Positions 57,058 through 64,000 of a stretch of 64,000 nucleotides of DNA are shown piece after piece. The position numbers were made by a program, and so were the translations under genes. The first letter of the stretch is position 1; the number at the start of each line of letters is the position of its first letter. The stretch comes from an uncultured Bdellovibrionales bacterium (GTDB taxonomy: Bacteria; Patescibacteriota; Minisyncoccia; Moranbacterales; UBA1568), in the NCBI GenBank assembly GCA_964444815.1, contig CAYUIR010000001.1:4520-68519 (forward strand), read 5' to 3'. Below the pieces are notes generated by a model, which had not been told where the DNA came from, searched no databases, and worked only from the letters and a program-made list of their open reading frames with translations.

Positions 57058-58584
57058 ATGCGTATCACTTGGAAGCAAACATGGCAGTGGCTCCTCGTAA
57101 TCGTGGTCCTCGGGCTGGGCCTCCGGCTCTACGGTATCGGTACCAATTCGTTTGTCGCGGATGAGTTCCTCGATATCAACTCAAGCTACGGCTATTTCCA
57201 GACGGGTACATGGAAGGCCTGGGATTTCAACTTTGGCGTGCCGGCCGTGATGAATGAGAATGATGCTCGCGATGAGCGCGCTTTTGTCTACAAGTGGCAG
57301 GTCGCCACACTCTTTCAGTTTGTGTCACCGACAGAGGGCCATGCTCGCCTGGTGAGTGTCGCCTGGGGTGTCATCTCGATTCTCGCTATGTTTTGGGCGG
57401 GCTACTTTTACACCCGTAAGAAATCTATTGGTCTCATCGCTGCTATACTCTTTGCAGTCAGTATCTCAGCGATTATCTTTGATCGGCGCCTGCGCATGTA
57501 TGCTATGTTTTTTCCGGTGTACCTCGCTTTGGCTACGGTTCTCTTTGCGGTCTTTGAGCGTGAGTATCAGGGTAAGGTAGCGTGGCTACGGCGGGTGTGG
57601 GAGCGATATGGCCTCAATATCTCGTATGCACTACCACTCCTCGCTCTCGTGACCCTCGGCGCGCTCGTACACGGACTATCCCTCAGCGTGATACCGGTCT
57701 TTGGGGTGTATGCGCTCGTGATGATGGTCCGCACGTGGCGAAAGGGAGGGCGTCTCATGACCAAGTATGGCATAGTTGTACTCTTGGGAATCCTTGGTGC
57801 CATTGGTGCCATCTTGTTTGCACCACAGTTGGTGCGTCTGGCTCTCGGCAGTGTCGTCTTCTTTGACGACCACTACTCATACTTTGGCTATGTGCTCCGT
57901 GATTTCGCTCATCCGCTTTTGGGTGCTCTCATTATCCTCTACGGTATCCGGGTGGCCTGGAAGCGTCTCGGCTTGACGCGTGAGGCACTGTGGCTCGCGC
58001 TCTCTCTTTTGGTGCCTCTTGCTATGGCCGTATGGCTCTGGCGACGCAATGCTGGTCCGCAGTACATATTTTTTGTGCAGTCATTTGCGCTCCTCCTTGC
58101 TTCTATCGGGGTGTATGGCTTGGCCAAGCTCGTGAAAGAGCGCTTCTCTGAGTGGGGACAACGGGGTCTCTTGGGAGTATTCCTCCTTTCGATGCTCCTT
58201 CTACCGAACTGGGGCTATTTTCTCGAGGAAAACAATACCTACCATGAGACGTCATCGGGGGGCAATCCGAATTATCGAAAGGTGTTTGACTATGTCAAGA
58301 AAAATAAATCAAATGAGGATGTGATTATCACTCGGAATTTCCGGAACTACTATCTCTCTGGCGCCAAGATGCCGGTCTACGACTTTGGCGGGGAACTGTC
58401 TGAGAGCAAATTTTCACTGGTGGAACTCGAGACTATCGTAGGCAAGCACCCACATGGCTGGGTAGTCCTTTCGACCAATGACTATGACTATATCTCGCGG
58501 GACGCTGAGCTGTATATCAAAAAGCGCATGGAGCTTGTGAGTAATGCCCAGGTCCGTGGTGCCATCGAGGTCTACCGCTGGTAG
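57058..58584 (+). CDS. GT-C glycosyltransferase (ArnT/PMT-like)
   Basis: 508 aa. Loop 1 reads FVADEFLD (DE motif), with about 11 TM helices and a C-terminal soluble domain. Confidence 0.6.
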   Translation: MRITWKQTWQWLLVIVVLGLGLRLYGIGTNSFVADEFLDINSSYGYFQTGTWKAWDFNFGVPAVMNENDARDERAFVYKWQVATLFQFVSPTEGHARLVSVAWGVISILAMFWAGYFYTRKKSIGLIAAILFAVSISAIIFDRRLRMYAMFFPVYLALATVLFAVFEREYQGKVAWLRRVWERYGLNISYALPLLALVTLGALVHGLSLSVIPVFGVYALVMMVRTWRKGGRLMTKYGIVVLLGILGAIGAILFAPQLVRLALGSVVFFDDHYSYFGYVLRDFAHPLLGALIILYGIRVAWKRLGLTREALWLALSLLVPLAMAVWLWRRNAGPQYIFFVQSFALLLASIGVYGLAKLVKERFSEWGQRGLLGVFLLSMLLLPNWGYFLEENNTYHETSSGGNPNYRKVFDYVKKNKSNEDVIITRNFRNYYLSGAKMPVYDFGGELSESKFSLVELETIVGKHPHGWVVLSTNDYDYISRDAELYIKKRMELVSNAQVRGAIEVYRW

Positions 58585-58597
58585 ACAGAGAAGGTGT

Positions 58598-58784
58598 GAG
58601 ATCCTGTACATTCTCTCATATCTTAAGAAAATGTTCAGATTTCGAGGGGAAGATCTTGAAAAGTGAGCGAGGGCTATATTCATAACCCGACGAGCTTTGA
58701 AAGATTTTACACCGAAATATGGACATTTTGTAAGATAAGCTCTTTTTGCTATTTCTATTGGCGTTGAGAGAATGTACAGGATCT
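58598..58784. repeat. 187 bp element bounded by 19 bp near-perfect inverted repeats (MITE-like or long structured RNA)
   Basis: GAGATCCTGTACATTCTCTC at 58598-58617 is the reverse complement of GAGAGAATGTACAGGATCT at 58766-58784 (19 of 20 positions). A nested second inverted-repeat pair is ATCTTAAGAAAATGT and ACATTTTGTAAGAT. Confidence 0.5.
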
Positions 58785-58790
58785 AAGAAA

Positions 58791-58830
58791 AAAGCCCGGG
58801 GTCCTCGCGCGGAGGGCCTCGGGTTGTTCG
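58791..58830. terminator. GC-rich hairpin with flanking A-run/T-run (likely bidirectional terminator)
   Basis: The sequence is AAAAAAGCCCGGGGTCCTCGCGCGGAGGGCCTCGGGTTGTT. On the minus strand it reads as hairpin followed by TTTTTT. Confidence 0.45.
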
Positions 58831-59073
58831 TGTGCCAGCTACCGGGTGATGGCCAGTGCAGACGTGAGACGGCGTCTGGCGTCTTCTGCGAGCAGAGCAT
58901 TGTGGGCAATCTGTCGACGCCACTGTTCGCTCCCTGTAACGAGGTTGGACCACCACTCAAAGGACCAGAGCCACAGGGACAAAGGAGTAGGTATCATCTT
59001 CGTCTCCCAATCGCACCAGGGTGGCGCGTCATGCCTTGAGTGTAGTCCCAAGCGAAAAAGGATGCAAGACCCT

Positions 59074-60549
59074 CTAAGATCCTCTTCGTAGGAGCTTCTG
59101 GAGCGGGGCGATATCAGTGTCACTGAGCTCCTTCACCAGACGGAGGTAGACGAAGTAGAGGGCAAAAAGGAAGCCACCTGAGAGGAAAAAGGAGATCGGA
59201 CCGTGAGGCAGGTATGGAGCTATAAGGGCAATCATAAGCGTGCCAAGGAGCGAGAGGAGGACGGTTCGTAAGGAGAGCTTCACATAAAAGTGTCGAGCGG
59301 TCGCCACCAGGATAGCAACCATGAGAAAAAAAGAAGTAATGGTCGTCGAGAGCGCCGCGCCGACGAGCCCAAAGACCGGGATCAAGAAGAGATTGAAGAG
59401 AATCATGAGGAGAAATCCGCCAGAGGCGAGATACATGGGAATTTTGACTAATCCAGCGCCATTTAGGGCAAAGGAGAGGACGTAAAAGACGGTGAGGAAT
59501 CCGACTCCAACCGCAAAAACACTCATGGGAGCGAGGGCCTCGGCATAACGGGCGCCATAGAAGAAATGAAGGACCTGAGATCCAAAGGCTATGAGAAGCG
59601 TTACCATCGGAAAGAGGAGAAAGGTCATGAGACGGAGAGAGCGGTTGACGAGGCTCTCGGTGCCAGCTGTGTCCGCTTCAGCCGTGGTTTTGGAGATAGC
59701 GGGGAGGAGGATGATAGTGAGCGCGTAAAAGAGGAAATAAGGGATGCGTCCGACGGTGATGGCGGCGTTGTAGATGCCGGTTAGGTAGTCACTACCGAGC
59801 ATACTCTTCACAAAGTAGAGGTCGAGGGTGAGGATAAGTTCATAGAAAAGGAGAAATGCAGTCAGTGGTCCCGCGTAGGCGAGGATGGTTTTGCCTGAGA
59901 AGAGCTCTACTTCTTTGCGTCTAGTGTCTCTTAGAGTTGGGAAATAGCGATGGGTGACCAAGAGGTCAAAGAGGATAGCTATCCCAAAGACAAAGAGCGG
60001 GGCGATGATATAGCCTGTGATGGCTCCTTCAACCCCAAAGATTGAGGCGAGAAGAACGATAAAGACCACCCGGCTGATTGCTCGCAGGGTTTTGAGGGCC
60101 GCTTGAACTCGGAAGAAGTGGAGCCCAGTAAAGTAGTAGAAATAAAACGAGGCGGCAGCAAAGGCGGGGATAATTAGTGAGGAGAGCTGAAAGAGCGGCG
60201 TAAGCGATGGATCGCGGAGGACCCAAGCAATAAGCGGTGACGCGAAGAAGAAAACGGCGGTCACTGAGAGCATGAGGATGGCCTGGAGGCGGAGCGCTTG
60301 GTACTTGATGCCGAGGATTTTCCCCGGGGCGGACTCAAAGATCTCGCTTAGGTATTTGGACATGGCCGTGGGGATGCCGTTTCCGATCAGGATGATAATC
60401 ATGGTGGTGAGCGTCACCACGAGACCATAGCGACCATACTCCTCAGGGCCGAGGATGCGGCCGAGTGACGACTGGATGATGTAGCCACCGATGTTGTAGA
60501 TGACCTCTGAGAGGGTCAACCACACCAATGCTTGAGAGAATTTTTTCAT
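59074..60549 (-). CDS. Wzx-like polysaccharide flippase (MOP superfamily)
   Basis: 491 aa with about 14 TM helices. Confidence 0.7.
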   Translation of the reverse strand: MKKFSQALVWLTLSEVIYNIGGYIIQSSLGRILGPEEYGRYGLVVTLTTMIIILIGNGIPTAMSKYLSEIFESAPGKILGIKYQALRLQAILMLSVTAVFFFASPLIAWVLRDPSLTPLFQLSSLIIPAFAAASFYFYYFTGLHFFRVQAALKTLRAISRVVFIVLLASIFGVEGAITGYIIAPLFVFGIAILFDLLVTHRYFPTLRDTRRKEVELFSGKTILAYAGPLTAFLLFYELILTLDLYFVKSMLGSDYLTGIYNAAITVGRIPYFLFYALTIILLPAISKTTAEADTAGTESLVNRSLRLMTFLLFPMVTLLIAFGSQVLHFFYGARYAEALAPMSVFAVGVGFLTVFYVLSFALNGAGLVKIPMYLASGGFLLMILFNLFLIPVFGLVGAALSTTITSFFLMVAILVATARHFYVKLSLRTVLLSLLGTLMIALIAPYLPHGPISFFLSGGFLFALYFVYLRLVKELSDTDIAPLQKLLRRGS

Positions 60550-60611
60550 ACTATGTTGTTACACGTTCTCTTTAAAATCTTCCTTTTCCTACCCTTGCGT
60601 ATCCGTCGAAC

Positions 60612-60737
60612 ATTTCTTTGCTCGCTTCGCCGAACGGGGAGCTGTCTTGTACCGAGGTGTCAATCACGCTCGACCGTTACCGGCACGCTCACAAGAAATG
60701 TTACCGACGTCACATCGGGAGTACAGAAAAGAAAGAT
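60612..60737 (+). repeat. conserved intergenic motif, copy B (diverged, internal deletion/insertion)
   Basis: Shares CGACCGTTACCGGCACGCTC with copy A (CGACCGTTACCGGTACGCTC). The 3' block ATGTTACCGACGTCAC...AGAAAAGAAAGA is also shared. Confidence 0.45.
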
Positions 60738-60756
60738 TTCAAGAGAACGTCCCGTC

Positions 60757-61380
60757 TCAAACATTTAATTTCCGTGTGATTTCTTGAAAAATACTTTCTT
60801 TGCTCTGATGAGCGTCGATCACGATCAAATCCCACTCGGCGGTACGATTTTTGAAGAGTTCCATCTTGGCACGGAGGTAGTCGATGCCTTGCTCTGGGGC
60901 ACGCTCACGAGTCATGATAGCTTCTGGAGTGAGGTCAAAGTAGAAACAGACATCGCCCTTGGGCGTATACTTCGCGAGCCATGCGATACCCAAGCGGATA
61001 GGCCGAAAGAAGAATCGGACGTCTCGTGCGAGATACTCGAGATTCACGACAGAGTCGTAGAATGAACGATCGGACAAGAGGTAATCATACCCTTGCCCCT
61101 CGAGTGATCGGCGGAGAAACATAAAGCGAATCATATCGATCAAAAGAAACTTCTCGCGGAGCACAAGAGACAGCCAGGAGGCCTTTGTAACAGCCTTTTC
61201 TTGGCCAGGTTCGAAATGCTTCTTTCCGTGCAAACATCTCGAAATTTTATTGGCCAACGAAAATTCAACCGCATGAAAATATGCCACTTTCTTGCCTGAT
61301 TGTTCCAGTTTGCTGCGGAGGAGTTCGAGCTGAGTGGATTTACCCGACCCATCGACTCCAGAAAGCGTAATGAACCGCAT
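60757..61380 (-). CDS. thymidylate-kinase-family P-loop kinase (divergent)
   Basis: Start at MRFITLSGVDGSGKSTQ (61380), 4 nt after the upstream stop. DRSFYDS is Tmk DRY-like. The canonical TREPGG lid is absent. Confidence 0.6.
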   Translation of the reverse strand: MRFITLSGVDGSGKSTQLELLRSKLEQSGKKVAYFHAVEFSLANKISRCLHGKKHFEPGQEKAVTKASWLSLVLREKFLLIDMIRFMFLRRSLEGQGYDYLLSDRSFYDSVVNLEYLARDVRFFFRPIRLGIAWLAKYTPKGDVCFYFDLTPEAIMTRERAPEQGIDYLRAKMELFKNRTAEWDLIVIDAHQSKESIFQEITRKLNV

Positions 61381-61384
61381 GACG

Positions 61385-62911
61385 TTAGTACATGATGACT
61401 GAGATAGGCTCAAGTTTGACGACAGGCTTGACGACATTATTTGCGACGACGCTTTCAATGACATCTTCGGCACGTTTGTAGTGCGATGAATCCTGTTCGA
61501 TTACCTTGGAGGAGCGACCATTGTAGAGTTTAACACCCCGGGTAGCCAATTTCTCATGGAGAGCTTCTTTACTCTCTGGTACGACATCGTCTGATTTCTT
61601 GACTGACTTACCAGCTCCGTGATTACAGGAGTAAAAGCTCGAGTCATTACCGTCTTGGCCGACGCAGAGATAGGCCTCGGTACTCATGGAGGTCGGAATA
61701 AAAGCCGGCTCGCCAGTGTCCTTGAATGTCGGGTGAGTGGTCATGCGACTTGGACCATAGGCGCGACTGGTGCCATTGCGGTGCACCCACACATTCTTAC
61801 CGTAGTGTTCTTCTTGGGAAACAAGGATATGAGGCATGTCGTAGAGGAGATCGGCCTCGATGGTCCTCCCCAGCACTTTCTCGGCCGTAGTGATGAAATT
61901 ATGCGTGATGGTGGCACGGTTGGCGTGAGCAAAGTTGGAGCACGCGCGTCTTGCTGCCATATAGAGCCGGCCGTCTTCGCCAGCGCCATCAAAGGTGATG
62001 AGTGGTTCAGCCTTGCCAAAATCCGAGGCACGAATCTTGTCGGCTATACGAGCGATCGTTTTCTTGAAAGGAGTGAGCCAGAAGAAGCGACCAATGTTCA
62101 TGAGGATGGCCGTCGAGAGGTGCTCACGCTTTTTGGCGGTAAACATGTACATTGTGTACTGACCGAGGATGCCTGAGCCACAGTGAACCATGAGGATGTA
62201 CTGGCCTTTGCGGAGGTTGAATCGCGCTGCTACCTCTGGGTCAACGACGTCAGTCACCTTCATGAGATCGAGGAAGTGGTTGCCGGCTGCGCCGATGATG
62301 CCCGAGCGGAACTGAGCAAAAAAGAGAAAGAGGGGCGGGATGATATTCATGATGCCCCGACGGGTAGGCGCCTCGTCAAAGAAGTTGCCTCGGTCAATGC
62401 TGTTCTCCGCTTCGTGTTTCGTCTTGATGCCGAGGTACTCGATGAGGGGAGCGATACCGAGGCGGCCGATATCGACAATCACTCGGAAAGGAAGGACTGT
62501 GCCGACTACTTTTTTGGTCGGGACCGTCTTGGTTGCTTTCTGGAAAATTCGGTCTATTTCCTCTGGGGTAATATTGGTGTCATAGAGGTCGAGCCGGACG
62601 AGACGCATCCCACAGGCCGGGTCACTGTCGTTCACCTGGGGAAGGATGTACTGCTCGGAAGCGACTGTGGTGCCCGTGGCGTTTTTGCGACCGGGCTTGG
62701 AGTGTACATCCGCCATGGCCGCGACGTGATGAAAGATGCAACCATTGGCTGCCACGCTCTCCAGTTGTTTCATGGTCTCGTCACCGGGCATGAGCTTGTC
62801 ACCCACATGAAAAACAACCGGAACTTTCATCTTGTCCGTTTTGAATTCGCTTTTATGAGGGGAGAGTTTAGTAATATTTGATTCGTACATAGAGATTTTG
62901 GTGAGTTTCAC
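61385..62911 (-). CDS. rtcB: RtcB-family RNA ligase
   Basis: Motifs ADVHSKPG, FDGAGEDG, HANR and NHGAGK (the NHGAGR position) are present. The start is GTG 62911 or ATG 62890. Confidence 0.85.
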   Translation of the reverse strand: MKLTKISMYESNITKLSPHKSEFKTDKMKVPVVFHVGDKLMPGDETMKQLESVAANGCIFHHVAAMADVHSKPGRKNATGTTVASEQYILPQVNDSDPACGMRLVRLDLYDTNITPEEIDRIFQKATKTVPTKKVVGTVLPFRVIVDIGRLGIAPLIEYLGIKTKHEAENSIDRGNFFDEAPTRRGIMNIIPPLFLFFAQFRSGIIGAAGNHFLDLMKVTDVVDPEVAARFNLRKGQYILMVHCGSGILGQYTMYMFTAKKREHLSTAILMNIGRFFWLTPFKKTIARIADKIRASDFGKAEPLITFDGAGEDGRLYMAARRACSNFAHANRATITHNFITTAEKVLGRTIEADLLYDMPHILVSQEEHYGKNVWVHRNGTSRAYGPSRMTTHPTFKDTGEPAFIPTSMSTEAYLCVGQDGNDSSFYSCNHGAGKSVKKSDDVVPESKEALHEKLATRGVKLYNGRSSKVIEQDSSHYKRAEDVIESVVANNVVKPVVKLEPISVIMY

Positions 62912-62912
62912 G

Positions 62913-62997
62913 GAAATTCTTCATGCGGGACGCTCCCTCCAGAGGCGGGCAGGCATCAGATATGTGACCGGCCTTCACCCGGAGAAAGAAAAAATTC
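62913..62997 (+). repeat. conserved intergenic motif, copy C
   Basis: ACGCTCCCTCCAGAGGCGGGCAGGCATCA is identical to copy A, followed by ATGTGACCG, CACCCG and AGAAAGAAAAAA. Confidence 0.6.
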
Positions 62998-63022
62998 TTT
63001 TGCAGGGATGCTGAGCGGCAGA

Positions 63023-64000
63023 TCAAAGCGATGAATATATTTCACTATATTGCTTGGCAGTATTTTTGAGGTCAAAGTGGTCTTTGACGTAGCGACGGGC
63101 ATTGTCGCCGAGACGGTGCTGTTCTTCGATATTATCCTTTAGATAAGCCAAAGATTCGATGAGTTTATCACCAGAATCTTTCGGGATTGTAACACAAATA
63201 TCAGGGTTTGTAAATTCAGCAAACTGGGGGAGATTGGAGAGGATAACTGGTTTACCGCAGGCATAAGCCTCGATGATGATAAGTGGGACATCAAACTTTC
63301 CTTTGAGATTTTCAACCGGAAAGATGACGACATCCGCGGTGTTGTAGAGCGAGGGCATATCGGTCGTAGCGCTCTGTTCGTCGAAGAGAATATGCTTTTC
63401 TAGGCCCGCGCTTTTTACTCTGGCCCTGATGTCTTCGCGCTTGGCGCGGTCGGCTTCATTTTTGATCCGACAGGCAAAGAGAAACTTCATGTTGGACTCG
63501 GGGTGTTCGGTGAAATAACGGAGAAACGTCTCAGCGAGCATGTCGGTGGCACCGAGGCGAGTGTATTCGCCGGGGTAGATAACCAAGAAGTCATCGGGAG
63601 TGAGGCCGTAGGTCGCGAGAACAGCCGGATTCTTATCTCTGGGTTGGTAGAGGTCGAGGTCGATGCCAGGGTAGATGCGGCTGACGTTCCGAAAGCCGAG
63701 TGCCTCGAGCTTGTTCTTGGTGCGGTCGGTATAGACGATAATCCGATCAGCAAAGAGGAGGGAACGGAGTTCTGTGGGCGTGTAGAGGTCTTCACGGAGC
63801 GTCGCTACCGTCTGGAGGGTACGTCCGGTTGGTCGTGCTAGCCATTTGATGAGGTTGGTGTTTTGTTTGGTCGGGGTAAAGAGATAGTGAGTGACATCAT
63901 AGTCCCGTCTGGTCCGGCGGAGATAGGCGAGCAGGCGGAGCTTGGTCGCTAGGTCAAAGTGGCCATGAGAAAAGATACGCTCTTCATGAGCACTCGCCGG
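63023..64000 (-). CDS. glycosyltransferase family 4, 5'-partial: N-terminus lies beyond the window end
   Basis: My hand translation of the minus strand is open from 64000 down to the stop at 63023. GT-B C-terminal domain ADVVIFPVEN...IEAYACGKPVILSN. The track's 63586 start is an internal TTG. Confidence 0.7.
   Translation of the reverse strand, partial: PASAHEERIFSHGHFDLATKLRLLAYLRRTRRDYDVTHYLFTPTKQNTNLIKWLARPTGRTLQTVATLREDLYTPTELRSLLFADRIIVYTDRTKNKLEALGFRNVSRIYPGIDLDLYQPRDKNPAVLATYGLTPDDFLVIYPGEYTRLGATDMLAETFLRYFTEHPESNMKFLFACRIKNEADRAKREDIRARVKSAGLEKHILFDEQSATTDMPSLYNTADVVIFPVENLKGKFDVPLIIIEAYACGKPVILSNLPQFAEFTNPDICVTIPKDSGDKLIESLAYLKDNIEEQHRLGDNARRYVKDHFDLKNTAKQYSEIYSSL

Noticed and set aside
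58846-59091. 81 aa Arg-rich ORF in the GC-rich convergent intergenic tract
   Set aside because: It has no RBS, an Arg/Ser-rich low-complexity product and overlaps the flippase 3' end. It is kept as part of the unexplained tract finding rather than called as a gene.
1-64000. CRISPR arrays, tRNA or rRNA genes, integrase or transposase genes
   Set aside because: No short regularly spaced direct repeats were seen, and no GTTCGAATC-type T-loop/acceptor patterns in intergenic gaps. No recombinase, DDE or HNH motifs appeared in any ORF.

Overview
This 64 kb window is a bacterial chromosomal segment with roughly 50% GC overall and marked internal swings in composition. The first 8.5 kb is a plus-strand housekeeping operon. 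It holds a short ProRS, an archaeal-type UMP kinase, IspH, a monofunctional riboflavin kinase, riboflavin synthase, lumazine synthase, one GT4 and an ABC-F ATPase. Almost everything after that (about 8.6 to 64 kb) is one very large glycan-assembly locus. It contains a WbaP-like initiating phosphotransferase, about 13 GT4/GT1-fold and 6 GT2 glycosyltransferases, and 6-7 polytopic GT-C-like membrane glycosyltransferases. It also has 2 Wzx-like flippases, GtrA and LPG-synthase-TM-like flippase-like proteins, a Ugd plus UDP-GlcA 4-epimerase pair, a CapD/PglF-like 4,6-dehydratase and a tandem double-epimerase fusion. Further members are four class I SAM methyltransferases, an AsnB-type amidotransferase, a HAD (beta-PGM-like) hydrolase and an unusual three-domain fusion (nucleotidyltransferase, CofD/YvcK-like, GT2). 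Many genes are translationally coupled through ATGA overlaps. A bacterial type-A RNase P RNA (rnpB) with a consensus promoter lies inside the locus at about 17.17-17.56 kb. Several near-consensus sigma70 promoters and rho-independent terminators are visible. The most unusual non-coding signals are a conserved ~65-85 nt intergenic motif present three times in the same orientation, two copies of which bracket an rtcB/tmk-like pair, and a 187 bp element bounded by 19 bp inverted repeats. No CRISPR array, tRNA or rRNA was seen. Gene content (short ProRS, archaeal-type PyrH, very frequent overlaps, giant glycosylation locus) suggests a reduced-genome, CPR/Patescibacteria-like organism; this is inference only. 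All calls rest on by-eye motif recognition, since no searches could be run.
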